A stretch of 64,000 bases of DNA from Escherichia coli (lineage in GTDB: Bacteria > Pseudomonadota > Gammaproteobacteria > Enterobacterales > Enterobacteriaceae). Positions 44,563-56,416 of this stretch are shown here, one piece after another. Made by a program: the position numbers and the translations under genes. The stretch lies in NCBI RefSeq assembly GCF_044324875.1, contig NZ_CP172185.1; one strand, given 5' to 3'. The notes beneath the pieces were generated by a model. It saw only the letters and a list, made by a program, of their open reading frames with translations, was not told the DNA's origin and searched no databases. How positions within the stretch are numbered: position 1 is the first letter of the stretch; each line of letters starts with the position of its first letter.

Positions 44563-45852
44563 ATGAAAGTATTAGTGATTGGTAACGGCGGGCGCGAGCA
44601 CGCGCTGGCCTGGAAAGCGGCCCAGTCGCCGCTGGTTGAAACTGTTTTTGTTGCTCCGGGTAACGCAGGCACTGCGCTGGAGCCTGCACTGCAAAACGTC
44701 GCTATCGGCGTAACCGATATCCCGGCGCTGCTGGATTTCGCGCAAAACGAAAAGATCGATCTAACCATCGTCGGCCCGGAAGCGCCGCTGGTGAAAGGCG
44801 TGGTGGATACCTTCCGCGCCGCCGGGCTGAAAATCTTCGGCCCAACCGCAGGTGCCGCGCAGCTGGAAGGCTCGAAAGCGTTTACCAAGGATTTCCTGGC
44901 CCGCCATCAGATCCCTACGGCGGAATACCAGAACTTCACCGAGGTAGAACCTGCGCTGGCGTATCTGCGTGAGAAAGGCGCGCCGATCGTCATTAAAGCT
45001 GACGGTCTGGCAGCGGGTAAAGGCGTTATCGTCGCGATGACGCAGGAAGAAGCCGAAGCGGCTGTTCACGATATGCTGGCGGGCAACGCTTTTGGCGACG
45101 CGGGTCATCGCATTGTTATCGAAGAGTTCCTCGACGGCGAAGAAGCGAGCTTTATCGTGATGGTGGACGGTGAGCATGTGCTGCCGATGGCCACCAGCCA
45201 GGATCACAAACGCGTAGGCGATAAAGATACCGGGCCGAACACCGGCGGGATGGGCGCTTACTCCCCTGCGCCAGTAGTGACCGATGAGGTTCATCAGCGC
45301 ACGATGGAACGAATCATCTGGCCAACCGTGAAAGGCATGGCGGCAGAAGGCAACACCTACACCGGTTTTCTCTACGCGGGCCTGATGATCGACAAACAGG
45401 GCAATCCGAAGGTTATCGAATTTAACTGCCGCTTTGGCGATCCGGAAACCCAGCCGATTATGCTGCGCATGAAGTCCGATCTGGTTGAGCTCTGCCTGGC
45501 AGCCTGTGAAGGTACGCTTGACGAGAAAACGTCCGAGTGGGATGAACGCGCTTCTCTCGGCGTGGTGATGGCTGCGGGTGGATATCCGGGCGATTACCGC
45601 ACCGGCGATGTGATCCACGGCCTGCCGCTGGAAGAAGTGTCTGACGGCAAAGTGTTCCACGCGGGCACGAAACTGGCGGATGACGAGCAGGTAGTGACCA
45701 GCGGCGGGCGCGTACTGTGCGTCACCGCGCTGGGTCATACCGTGGCAGAAGCGCAGAAACGCGCTTATGCCTTAATGACCGATATCCATTGGGACGACTG
45801 CTTCTGCCGGAAAGATATCGGCTGGCGCGCTATCGAACGCGAGCAGAACTAA
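44563..45852 (+). CDS. purD: Phosphoribosylamine-glycine ligase PurD (429 aa)
   Basis: MKVLVIGNGGREHALAWKAAQSPLVETVFVAPGNAGTALEP...; 11 bp after purH. Confidence 0.98.
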   Translation: MKVLVIGNGGREHALAWKAAQSPLVETVFVAPGNAGTALEPALQNVAIGVTDIPALLDFAQNEKIDLTIVGPEAPLVKGVVDTFRAAGLKIFGPTAGAAQLEGSKAFTKDFLARHQIPTAEYQNFTEVEPALAYLREKGAPIVIKADGLAAGKGVIVAMTQEEAEAAVHDMLAGNAFGDAGHRIVIEEFLDGEEASFIVMVDGEHVLPMATSQDHKRVGDKDTGPNTGGMGAYSPAPVVTDEVHQRTMERIIWPTVKGMAAEGNTYTGFLYAGLMIDKQGNPKVIEFNCRFGDPETQPIMLRMKSDLVELCLAACEGTLDEKTSEWDERASLGVVMAAGGYPGDYRTGDVIHGLPLEEVSDGKVFHAGTKLADDEQVVTSGGRVLCVTALGHTVAEAQKRAYALMTDIHWDDCFCRKDIGWRAIEREQN

Positions 45853-47174
45853 CGCGACAGTTTTGCCAAGAGCGTTTTGCGCGTGATCCCTAACTGACGG
45901 GCGGCTTCGGTTTTGTTGCCGCCCGTTTTCTCCAGTGCCGCAAGAATCACCTCTTTTTCGACTTCCACCAGCGGCTGAATATCCTGACTTTGTACCAGCG
46001 GGATCGGCGTACTCGCAATCGCCAGCGGCAGCTCGCGTTCGGAAATATATTCCCCGGTCAGCAGCACCACCGCCCGTTCCACCGCGTTTTCCAGTTCACG
46101 AATATTTCCCGGCCAGTCGTAGTGAATCAGCAGATCCATCGCCTGGGGCGTAAAACCTTTTACCGCCTTGCGATTACGCTCGGCAAAGCGCTGAAGAAAA
46201 TGGTTTGCCAGCAGAGGAATATCTTCCCGCCGCTGACGCAGCGACGGTACTTCAATCGCCACCACGTTCAGGCGATAGTAGAGATCCTGGCGAAAACGCC
46301 CGGCATTCACCTCTGCGGCAAGATCGCGATGAGTCGCCGCAATCAGCCGGACATCAACCGAGATGGTCTGGTTGCTGCCGACACGCTGAACTTCGCGCTC
46401 CTGAATCGCACGCAGCAGACGAACCTGCATCATCGGCGAGATATCGCCAATTTCATCGAGAAACAGCGTGCCGCCGTCCGCCTCAACAAAGCGCCCTTCC
46501 CGGCGTTTATCGGCTCCGGTAAACGCCCCTTTTTCGTGACCGAACAATTCAGATTCCAGCAAGGATTCGTTGAGTGCCGCACAGTTGAGCGTTACCAGTG
46601 GTTTTTCACTCCGTGCGCTACTGGCGTGAATCGCCCTGGCGACCAGCTCTTTACCGGTGCCGGAATCACCGTGGATCAGCACTGTGGCTTCCGATGGCGC
46701 GACGAGGGCGATTTCACTGAGCAGGTGTTGCATCGCCGGGCTTTTACCGACCATCCCGAACTGGCTGGCAGACACCGCAGGCGTTTCAGCGTCAACACTG
46801 TGCGTATGCGCGAGCGCCTTTTCCAGCGTTGCCTGCAGGTTATCGAAATCCAGCGGCTTGATGAGATAATCCAGCGCCCCGGTTTTCAGTGCTTCTACCG
46901 CCGTCTCGACGCTGGAGTACGCGGTCATAATCAGTACCGGAATCGCCGGATTTAACGCTTTGATCTCTTTCAGCGTGGCGATGCCGTCCATCTCCGCCAT
47001 TCGCACATCGCAAAGCACGAGATCAAAAACCTGTTCCCGCACCTGCTCCAGCGCCTGTCGCCCGCTGTTCGCCAGCGCGACGTTATAGCCCCAGCCGCGC
47101 AGCAAAGCCTGCAAAATAGTGCAGTGGCTAATGTCATCATCCACCACCAGAATATCGATATTATCGTGCGTCAT
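45849..47174 (-). CDS. zraR: Sigma54-dependent response regulator ZraR/HydG (441 aa)
   Basis: Receiver domain, AAA+ sigma54-interaction domain (GESGTGKE Walker A, GAFTGA motif) and C-terminal HTH; 4-nt overlap with zraS. Confidence 0.95.
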   Translation of the reverse strand: MTHDNIDILVVDDDISHCTILQALLRGWGYNVALANSGRQALEQVREQVFDLVLCDVRMAEMDGIATLKEIKALNPAIPVLIMTAYSSVETAVEALKTGALDYLIKPLDFDNLQATLEKALAHTHSVDAETPAVSASQFGMVGKSPAMQHLLSEIALVAPSEATVLIHGDSGTGKELVARAIHASSARSEKPLVTLNCAALNESLLESELFGHEKGAFTGADKRREGRFVEADGGTLFLDEIGDISPMMQVRLLRAIQEREVQRVGSNQTISVDVRLIAATHRDLAAEVNAGRFRQDLYYRLNVVAIEVPSLRQRREDIPLLANHFLQRFAERNRKAVKGFTPQAMDLLIHYDWPGNIRELENAVERAVVLLTGEYISERELPLAIASTPIPLVQSQDIQPLVEVEKEVILAALEKTGGNKTEAARQLGITRKTLLAKLSR

Positions 47175-48547
47175 CCTTGTGGGTCCTTACGCGTAATATT
47201 GACCGGAAGCCAGAGGGTGAACGTTGCGCCTTTTCCCTCCTGGCTTGCGACCTGAATTGTACCACCGTGTTGTTCAACAATATTATGCACGACCGCCAGC
47301 CCCAGTCCGGTACCTTCGGCTTTGGTGGTGAAGTACGGGGTGAAGATGGCTTCAAGCTGATCTGCCGCAATTCCCTTACCGCTGTCGGTAACGCTGATTT
47401 TCACGCCCGCGCCGCTTTCGCTGGCCGTCACGCTAATCACACCATGTTGACCAATCGCCTGAATAGCATTGAGATAGAGATTCAACAGGACCTGAGTCAG
47501 CCTGTCCGGATCGGCCTGAATTTCCGGTAATGTGTCGTTGGCGGTAAAGCGTAACTGGATCTCCCGGCAGTTTGCATCCTGGCTTACCAGCTGTAATGAG
47601 TGGTTAATCAGCGTGTTGAGATCCACCGCCTGCAAAGCCAGATGCGTTGGCTTAACCAGTTCCAGCAACTCGCTTACCACGCGGTTTAAACGGTCGGCTT
47701 CTTTCGCCATCACCTGCGCCAGTTGATGCGCTTCTCCCCCTGCTGGCGCGCGTTCGGCAAAGTATTTCGCCAGCCCTTTAATCGAGGAAAGTGGGTTACG
47801 GATTTCGTGGGCAACTCCTGCCGCAAGATGCCCCAGCGCCACCAGCTTCTCTTTGCGCTTCATTTCATCCTGCAATAGCTGGCGCGAGCGCAGATAGCGA
47901 CGATACCAGAAGAATGACAACACGCTTGCCAGCAAGACCGTCGCCAGGGCGAAGAGGATAATCAGGGTGTTTCTCTGCTCACGATCCTCAGCACTCACAA
48001 TGTTACTGGCGTCGAAAGCGATAAAAATTGCTTGTGGTGTCGCGGCATACTGCTGCATATGGCGCATCCGGTGCATTCCAGCAGCAAACATCGGTTGAAA
48101 CTGGCGATAAATTTCCAGAACAGGCTCGCCGTCTGCGCTATCGATCCGCCGCCACGCTTCTTCATCTCCCGGATGTAACTGCTGCATTTCCTGCGGGGAA
48201 TAAAGCTGTTTTCCCACCATGCCGGAGTTGCTATGCATCACGATTGTTCCTTGTTCATCCGTGACCGCAAACCAACGTACACCAGGTTGCCCGGCCATTT
48301 CTTCCAGTAATGCCTGCTGCTGCGCATGATGCATGCGCATCCCCATGCCGACGCGCGAGCCGGATTCGAGAGCACGGATAAGTACACTGCCTTTTTCCAG
48401 CAGCGTTTGTCTGGCGGCGGCAGTCTCGCGCCCATAATCGCGAATCACTGTCACCGCAAACAGCCCCACCAGCCCAACAATGACCACGGGGAGGATCGCG
48501 CTTAACCATTTAGCTAAGGAGTCTTTAGAACGTTGCATAAAACGCAT
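47171..48547 (-). CDS. zraS: Sensor histidine kinase ZraS/HydH (458 aa ORF; start uncertain by a few codons)
   Basis: Two TM segments, HAMP-less periplasmic domain, H-box (HEIRNPL) and ATPase N/G boxes. Confidence 0.93.
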   Translation of the reverse strand: MRFMQRSKDSLAKWLSAILPVVIVGLVGLFAVTVIRDYGRETAAARQTLLEKGSVLIRALESGSRVGMGMRMHHAQQQALLEEMAGQPGVRWFAVTDEQGTIVMHSNSGMVGKQLYSPQEMQQLHPGDEEAWRRIDSADGEPVLEIYRQFQPMFAAGMHRMRHMQQYAATPQAIFIAFDASNIVSAEDREQRNTLIILFALATVLLASVLSFFWYRRYLRSRQLLQDEMKRKEKLVALGHLAAGVAHEIRNPLSSIKGLAKYFAERAPAGGEAHQLAQVMAKEADRLNRVVSELLELVKPTHLALQAVDLNTLINHSLQLVSQDANCREIQLRFTANDTLPEIQADPDRLTQVLLNLYLNAIQAIGQHGVISVTASESGAGVKISVTDSGKGIAADQLEAIFTPYFTTKAEGTGLGLAVVHNIVEQHGGTIQVASQEGKGATFTLWLPVNITRKDPQG

Positions 48548-48578
48548 CTTCTTCTTTGCCTGCTCATCCCTTTCTGAC

Positions 48579-48594
48579 AGCAGAAATCATGCCA
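48579..48594 (-). promoter_or_regulatory. Candidate sigma54 promoter for zraSR (TGGCAT-N5-CTGCT on the minus strand)
   Basis: GG/GC dinucleotides at -24/-12 spacing; 32 bp upstream of the zraS start. Confidence 0.45.
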
Positions 48595-48645
48595 TCTTTT
48601 ATCAGCGCTTACCCTGCGCTGTAACACAAAGGCTTAAGTTTCAAT

Positions 48646-48691
48646 GAGTAAAAATGACTCGCTACCCGCAGCAGGCGAGTCATTCTTACTC
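48646..48691. promoter_or_regulatory. Inverted repeat, probable ZraR enhancer (UAS) shared by the divergent zraP and zraSR promoters
   Basis: GAGTAAAAATGACTCGC ... GCGAGTCATTCTTACTC: 17-bp arms matching at 16/17 separated by 12 bp, midway between the two sigma54 promoters. Confidence 0.6.
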
Positions 48692-48733
48692 GTTTATCAT
48701 GCCAGATTACCCGTCATATCAGCGTTTCATCGT

Positions 48734-48749
48734 TGGCACGGAAGATGCA
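48734..48749 (+). promoter_or_regulatory. Sigma54 promoter of zraP (TGGCAC-N5-ATGCA)
   Basis: Near-consensus -24/-12 element 36 bp upstream of the zraP ATG. Confidence 0.7.
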
Positions 48750-48784
48750 ATACCCGAAGTAAGACAACCACTGGAGGATTAACC

Positions 48785-49210
48785 ATGAAACGGAACACGA
48801 AAATTGCCCTGGTAATGATGGCGCTTTCAGCAATGGCGATGGGATCGACATCTGCATTTGCTCACGGCGGACACGGTATGTGGCAGCAAAATGCCGCGCC
48901 TTTGACCAGCGAACAACAGACAGCGTGGCAGAAAATCCATAATGACTTTTACGCTCAAAGCAGCGCACTGCAACAGCAACTGGTGACGAAGCGTTATGAA
49001 TACAATGCCCTGTTAGCCGCGAACCCACCGGATAGCAGCAAAATTAACGCGGTCGCCAAAGAGATGGAGAATTTGCGTCAGTCGTTAGATGAGTTACGGG
49101 TGAAACGGGATATTGCGATGGCTGAAGCGGGTATTCCGCGCGGAGCCGGAATGGGCATGGGCTACGGCGGCTGCGGTGGTGGCGGTCATATGGGTATGGG
49201 CCACTGGTAA
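48785..49210 (+). CDS. zraP: Zinc-resistance-associated periplasmic protein ZraP (141 aa, signal peptide, Gly/Met/His-rich C-terminus)
   Basis: MKRNTKIALVMMALSAMAMGSTSAFAHGGHGMWQQ...GMGMGYGGCGGGGHMGMGHW; GGAGGA RBS 7 nt upstream of this ATG (ORF track begins 47 codons earlier, inside the promoter region). Confidence 0.93.
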   Translation: MKRNTKIALVMMALSAMAMGSTSAFAHGGHGMWQQNAAPLTSEQQTAWQKIHNDFYAQSSALQQQLVTKRYEYNALLAANPPDSSKINAVAKEMENLRQSLDELRVKRDIAMAEAGIPRGAGMGMGYGGCGGGGHMGMGHW

Positions 49211-49211
49211 A

Positions 49212-49913
49212 TCAGAACGTTTTCTCGTTGGGTTGCCAGCGACAGAAATCAGAGTTTGCCACTAACAGTAATTGCGAACCTTCGGGCGCTTCCAGCCATG
49301 CCACGCTGACATCAACAGAAGAGCGGCTCTGGCGGCGCTCGATATGCGCTATCGCCTGCGAATCTAAATCAGGTTTAATGGTTTGTCCTTCGCAGGTGGT
49401 CACGGTCTGTTCCATCGCATGCCAGCGCCCCTGGCGCAGCACGACTCTCCCCTGACGTAAAGCATCGCTAATCTGGCGGATCTGATCAGCACGATAACGG
49501 TATAAATCGATTTGGTCGTTAGAAAGCTGCTGCTTTTCCCCATCGGATTCACGTTGCATAAAGCTCAGATCGCCGCGATCGTCAAAACGCGCGCGAATGT
49601 TCACCGGCGGTTTGCTGTAAACATTGATATTGATGAGCGTAAGGTTATCGCCCTGCCAGCGATACTCTCGCGTGGTGGTATCGCCACTGCGCCACGGGCT
49701 AAACACGGCAAGCAGATGCACATTATCGCCGCTGTCTTTTCGCCAGATGCGTACCGCGCCCTGGTCTTCAGCAAATCCACTGGCGGTAAAGGGAGGAAGT
49801 GAAGAGTTGTGACTACAGGCAGTGAGAAACAGAGCGCCTGCCAGCATCAATGATCGACGCCAGAAAGACAAAAGGGGTGAAACCACCCCTTCGTTAAAAC
49901 TGTTCACTGCCAC
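49212..49913 (-). CDS. yjaH: YjaH, DUF1481-family putative lipoprotein (about 231 aa)
   Basis: Signal peptide with lipobox (LFLTACS); position between zraP and hupA. Confidence 0.8.
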   Translation of the reverse strand: MAVNSFNEGVVSPLLSFWRRSLMLAGALFLTACSHNSSLPPFTASGFAEDQGAVRIWRKDSGDNVHLLAVFSPWRSGDTTTREYRWQGDNLTLININVYSKPPVNIRARFDDRGDLSFMQRESDGEKQQLSNDQIDLYRYRADQIRQISDALRQGRVVLRQGRWHAMEQTVTTCEGQTIKPDLDSQAIAHIERRQSRSSVDVSVAWLEAPEGSQLLLVANSDFCRWQPNEKTF

Positions 49914-49919
49914 GCAATC

Positions 49920-50192
49920 TTACTTAACTGCGTCTTTCAGTGCCTTGCCAGAAACAAATGCCGGTACGTTAGCTGCGGCAATTTTGATTTCTTTACCGGT
50001 CTGCGGGTTGCGGCCAGTACGCTCAGCGCGGTGGTTCACTTTGAAGGTACCGAAACCAACCAGTTGTACAGCATCGCCTTCTTTCAGAGACTCAGTAATT
50101 GCAGCCAGAGTGGACTCCAGAGCAGCTTTAGCCTGGGTTTTGGACAGTTCTGCTTTCTCTGCAATTACATCAATCAGTTGAGTCTTGTTCAT
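49920..50192 (-). CDS. hupA: Nucleoid protein HU-alpha (90 aa)
   Basis: [90 protein letters not shown]. Confidence 0.98.
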
Positions 50193-50378
50193 AAGTTATC
50201 CTTACAATGTGTTTATCGCTTGCTAAGCATCGAGTGCGACGGAAATGCCAGAATAGCACTCTCCTGCATACACGCACCGATAGCCACTTTTTTTCGCCCC
50301 CCAAATGTAGACCAGACGGGGGGCGAAAGGGAAGACTCCAGGTACGACAAATCAGGCGTTAAATCACGTTTTCTGGTC

Positions 50379-50969
50379 TTATTGCTGAAAAATTATACCA
50401 ATATTGCTCTCGCCCGCCTCACGCAGGTCTGCCCTAAGGCCTTTTATCAGCTCGATATCGCGTTCTTCGCACTCAGCTAAAAGTCGGAATATTTCCCACT
50501 GAATGTCCCATTCTTGCTCTACAGCTGGGTTTTCTTTGAGCTCTTCATCGCTCATTTCGCGACCAGCCTGAGTCATTTCCAGCATCGCAACGGTCGTGAT
50601 GGAGGTCTTACTCACTTCCACTGCGTGTTCGAGCGTTTCACCACTCAAACGCGAATGGACCAGTTCACTTAACGCCACGCAGGCATCGATTGCCGGATAA
50701 ACGCCGTACAGATCGAAATCGTCGGCTGAAGGAATCGCTTCTTCAAATTTCTCCAGTTGGCTGTCGAAATTTACTTTTGCGTCTTTGACGGTCAGCGTTT
50801 CCCAGATGAGATCGAGAATGCGGCGGTAAATCTGCCCATCACCAAAACCAGTTTGCTGACAGAATACGGCGTAATTAGGGTACATGCGTTCGCATAAGCA
50901 GGCCATAAAAGTGACGTGCTGCCAGCTTTCCAGGCGCTCCAGACGCAGATGAATTGGGTTTTGTAACAT
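50379..50969 (-). CDS. yjaG: YjaG, DUF416-family protein (196 aa)
   Basis: 196-aa acidic ORF at the K-12 yjaG position between hupA and nfi. Confidence 0.85.
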   Translation of the reverse strand: MLQNPIHLRLERLESWQHVTFMACLCERMYPNYAVFCQQTGFGDGQIYRRILDLIWETLTVKDAKVNFDSQLEKFEEAIPSADDFDLYGVYPAIDACVALSELVHSRLSGETLEHAVEVSKTSITTVAMLEMTQAGREMSDEELKENPAVEQEWDIQWEIFRLLAECEERDIELIKGLRADLREAGESNIGIIFQQ

Positions 50970-51011
50970 GTTGAGTTCTCAAATACGGAAATTATCCGCA
51001 GTTTACCTGAA

Positions 51012-51683
51012 TTAGGGCTGATTTGCTGTATAGCGCACGAACGCCGGACGTTCCGAGGCCACCGCGTCCGCCCAGCGCGTTGGCTCCGGCAGACGATAGC
51101 CTTTCATGCAGCGTTGTACCCACGCCAGCGCGCTGTCTACGCTGACCCGATGGCCGGTAGCGATAAACAACGGGTTACAGCGCGCTTTGCTGCGCCAGAC
51201 CCAGGCCAGCTGCTCGCCTTTATCCATCAGCGGTGCCAGCGCGCCCGGTTCACTGGAGAGCGGTTCGAATTTACCGCAGAGCCGTTTTTTCGCCACGCCT
51301 ACCGTTGGCACATCCACCAGCAAACCAAAGTGGCTGGCGACGCCAAGACGGCGAGGATGCGAGATCCCGTGACCATCGACAAACACTAAATCCGGCTTTT
51401 GCGACAGCATCTCCCACGCTGCCAGCAGCGCAGGATATTCGCGGAAGGAGAGAAAACCTGGAATGTAAGGCATGGTGGTGGCGATGCGGGCCACTTTATG
51501 CTCCACCAGCTCAAGCGAGGGGTATTTCAGCAGCACCATCGCCGCTCGCGTCACTTCTCCGCCCTGCTCAAACCCGACATCGGCTCCGGCGATCAGATCC
51601 GGCGGATCTTTATCGAGTCGATCCTCGCGGATCACAGAAGAAGCCAGTTCAATTTGTTGAGCGCGTAATGACGCGAGATCCAT
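51012..51683 (-). CDS. nfi: Endonuclease V Nfi (223 aa)
   Basis: [52 protein letters not shown]...; AAGGAG RBS 5 nt upstream. Confidence 0.95.
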   Translation of the reverse strand: MDLASLRAQQIELASSVIREDRLDKDPPDLIAGADVGFEQGGEVTRAAMVLLKYPSLELVEHKVARIATTMPYIPGFLSFREYPALLAAWEMLSQKPDLVFVDGHGISHPRRLGVASHFGLLVDVPTVGVAKKRLCGKFEPLSSEPGALAPLMDKGEQLAWVWRSKARCNPLFIATGHRVSVDSALAWVQRCMKGYRLPEPTRWADAVASERPAFVRYTANQP

Positions 51684-51696
51684 AATCGCTCCTTAG

Positions 51697-51837
51697 AGCC
51701 TGGTCCACCAGGCGTAATTGTTGAAGGCAGTTTGAGGCCGGGCAGTGCTCAAAATCCTCACGTACTACGTGTACGCTCCGGTTTTTCCGCGCTGTCCGGC
51801 CTCAAAATGGCAAATAAAATAGCCTGATGGACCAGGC
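51697..51837. mobile_element. 141-bp MITE-like palindromic element with 17-bp terminal inverted repeats (AGCCTGGTCCACCAGGC / AGCCTGGTCCATCAGGC) and flanking CTTAG direct repeat, inserted between the hemE stop and the nfi RBS
   Basis: TIRs (16/17 identical) and the 5-bp flanking direct repeat (51692-51696 and 51838-51842) read directly from the sequence; a nested inner inverted repeat GAGGCCGGGCAG / CTGTCCGGCCTC is also present; no ORF. Confidence 0.55.
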
Positions 51838-51839
51838 TC

Positions 51840-52904
51840 TTAGCGGTGATACTGTTCAGATAACCGATGCACTGCCTCCACAAACACGCCAGCATGTTCT
51901 GGCGGCACATCCTGATGAATGCCGTGACCAAGGTTAAAGACATGACCTTCACCGTGACCGAAACCTGCAAGTATAGTCGCTACTTCTTCTTCAATGCGGG
52001 CTGGCGGCGCGTACAGCATCGACGGATCCATATTGCCCTGCAACGCGACTTTATTGCCCACGCGGCGGCGCGCATCGGCGATGTCCGTTGTCCAGTCGAG
52101 GCCCAGCGCATCGCAACCGGTTTCTGCCATCGCTTCCAGCCACTGTCCGCCGCCTTTGGTAAACAGCGTGACCGGTACGCGGCGACCGTCGTTTTCACGC
52201 AGTAAACCATCAACAATTTTATGCATGTAATAGAGCGAGAACTGTTGATAATCGCGCCCGGTAAGCACACCGCCCCAGGTGTCGAAAATCATCACTGCCT
52301 GAGCACCGGCTTTAATCTGCGCATTCAGATACAGAGTGACGCTTTTCGCCAGTTTATCGAGCAGAGCGTGCAGCGCCTGCGGATCGGCATACATCATTTT
52401 TTTGATCACGGTGAACGCTTTGCTGCTGCCGCCTTCCACCATGTAGGTCGCCAGCGTCCACGGGCTGCCGGAAAAACCAATCAGCGGCACTTCGCCTTTC
52501 AGTTCGCGACGAATGGTACGCACCACGTTCATCACGTAACCCAGCTCATCTTCCGGGTCCGGAATTGGCAGTTTATCGACGTCAGCTTTGCAGGTGACTG
52601 GCGAGGTAAAACGCGGACCTTCTCCGGCTTCAAAATAGAGCCCTAACCCCATCGCGTCCGGCACGGTGAGGATATCGGAAAAGAGGATCGCCGCATCCAG
52701 CGGGTAGCGGCGCAGCGGTTGCAAAGTCACTTCGCACGCCAGCTCGGCGTTTTTGCACAGCGACATAAAATCGCCCGCCTGGGCGCGCGTGGCTTTATAT
52801 TCCGGTAGATAGCGACCCGCCTGGCGCATCATCCATACTGGAGTGACATCAACGGGCTGGCGCAGCAGCGCCCGCAGATAACGATCGTTTTTAAGTTCGG
52901 TCAT
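51840..52904 (-). CDS. hemE: Uroporphyrinogen decarboxylase HemE (354 aa)
   Basis: [50 protein letters not shown]... Confidence 0.97.
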   Translation of the reverse strand: MTELKNDRYLRALLRQPVDVTPVWMMRQAGRYLPEYKATRAQAGDFMSLCKNAELACEVTLQPLRRYPLDAAILFSDILTVPDAMGLGLYFEAGEGPRFTSPVTCKADVDKLPIPDPEDELGYVMNVVRTIRRELKGEVPLIGFSGSPWTLATYMVEGGSSKAFTVIKKMMYADPQALHALLDKLAKSVTLYLNAQIKAGAQAVMIFDTWGGVLTGRDYQQFSLYYMHKIVDGLLRENDGRRVPVTLFTKGGGQWLEAMAETGCDALGLDWTTDIADARRRVGNKVALQGNMDPSMLYAPPARIEEEVATILAGFGHGEGHVFNLGHGIHQDVPPEHAGVFVEAVHRLSEQYHR

Positions 52905-52943
52905 TTTGGCTGTTCCTTAGTGCGTCAGGCGGTCAGTGTATCA

Positions 52944-53717
52944 TCACTCATACTCTGCCCGACACATCGCCACCGTATCTTCTATCAGACGGCGCGCTAC
53001 GGTGCCGGGCGGCGGGAGTAACGGCAAATCGTCATAGCGATACCAGTTCGCCTCGAGCAATTCTTTCGGGTCGATCACGATGTCGCCGCTGTCGTATTCC
53101 GCCATAAACGCGGTCATTAAAGACTGAGGAAACGGCCACGGCTGGGAAGTCACATAACGCAAGTTTTTAACTTTAATTCCGCTCTCTTCCATCACTTCCC
53201 GCGCGACCGCCTGCTCGAGGGTTTCGCCCACTTCGACGAATCCGGCAAGTACCGTATGGACACCGTTACGATGGCGGGTATGCTGGGCAAGGAGGATCGA
53301 ATCATCGCGACGGATGGCAACAATAATGCAGGGGGCGATTTGCGGATAGTAACGCTCACGGCAATGGCTGCACAGCATCGCCCATTCGGTTTTGCTCGGA
53401 TACATTTCATGCCCGCAGTAACCACAGTATTTATGCGATCGGTAAAACTCCGCCAGTTGTACGCCTCGTCCGGCCAGTTGAAACAGCCCAACATCGAGAT
53501 CAATGACCTGACGTACCGACCCCATATCGTGACGCCGCTGCTGTTGTACTAACCAAACAGGTTCCCCCTGCCATTCGCCGATTTGTAGTGCGCGCTGACC
53601 CACAAGATCGAAATTTGCCGCTTCGCCATATGGCAATTCTCCCTTCGGCAACCATAATTTTTGTTCATGGCTGACGACCCACCAGCCGTGATCTAATTTT
53701 TCAATTATACGATCCAT
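52944..53717 (-). CDS. nudC: NADH pyrophosphatase NudC (257 aa), Nudix hydrolase with zinc ribbon
   Basis: Nudix box ([22 protein letters not shown]) and CGYC...CSHC zinc-binding cysteines. Confidence 0.95.
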
Positions 53718-53811
53718 AGCTCTTGCACTACCTTTGCATCACTGGCATGTTTAACATGGTTTTTACATTTCTCACTGAGCAGTTTTTGAATACAAACTTG
53801 CGGAGTCAATC

Positions 53812-54288
53812 ATGCTTAACCAGCTCGATAACCTGACGGAACGCGTCAGAGGAAGTAACAAACTGGTTGATCGCTGGCTACATGTACGTAAGCATCTGCT
53901 CGTGGCTTACTACAATCTGGTTGGCATTAAGCCTGGCAAAGAATCGTACATGAGGCTAAACGAAAAAGCCCTTGATGATTTTTGTCAGAGCCTGGTCGAT
54001 TACTTGTCTGCCGGACATTTCAGTATTTATGAGCGCATTCTTCATAAGCTGGAAGGCAACGGGCAACTCGCGCGCGCCGCGAAGATTTGGCCGCAACTCG
54101 AAGCCAATACCCAACAGATTATGGATTACTACGATTCCAGCCTGGAAACCGCCATCGATCATGATAATTACCTTGAGTTTCAACAGGTTTTATCTGACAT
54201 CGGCGAGGCGCTGGAAGCACGCTTTGTGCTGGAAGATAAGTTGATTCTGCTGGTACTTGACGCCGCCCGCGTCAAACATCCTGCTTGA
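53812..54288 (+). CDS. rsd: Regulator of sigma D, anti-sigma70 factor Rsd (158 aa)
   Basis: MLNQLDNLTERVRGSNKLVDRWLHVRKHLLVAYYNLVGIKPGKES... Confidence 0.95.
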   Translation: MLNQLDNLTERVRGSNKLVDRWLHVRKHLLVAYYNLVGIKPGKESYMRLNEKALDDFCQSLVDYLSAGHFSIYERILHKLEGNGQLARAAKIWPQLEANTQQIMDYYDSSLETAIDHDNYLEFQQVLSDIGEALEARFVLEDKLILLVLDAARVKHPA

Positions 54289-54324
54289 GTTCTGCGCTGT
54301 TAACGCGTAATTTACATTCAACGC

Positions 54325-54445
54325 CCCGTTTGTGGGGCTAATTTCTTGTCGGAGTGCCTTAACTGGCTGAGACCGTTTATTCGGGATCCGCGGAACCTGA
54401 TCAGGCTAATACCTGCGAAGGGAACAAGAGTTAATCTGCTATCGC
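54325..54445 (+). ncRNA. TPP riboswitch (thi-box) in the thiC leader
   Basis: Conserved thi-box core CTGAGACCGTTTATTCGGGATCCGCGGAACCTGATCAGGCTAATACCTGCGAAGGGAACAAG upstream of thiC; boundaries approximate. Confidence 0.8.
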
Positions 54446-54517
54446 ATCGCCCCTGCGGCGATCGTCTCTTGCTTCATCCGTCGTCTGACAAGCCACGTCC
54501 TTAACTTTTTGGAATGA

Positions 54518-56415
<1,898 letters not shown>

Positions 56416-56416
<1 letters not shown>

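Noticed and set aside
43091-46955. Long antisense ORFs opposite purH (532 aa), purD (325 aa) and zraR (321 aa)
   Set aside because: Each is fully contained antisense to a confidently identified gene and has biased, non-protein-like composition.
48644-48784. 47-codon N-terminal extension of zraP in the ORF track
   Set aside because: The extension runs through the sigma54 promoter; a GGAGGA RBS sits immediately before the internal MKRNTK start, which gives a proper signal peptide.
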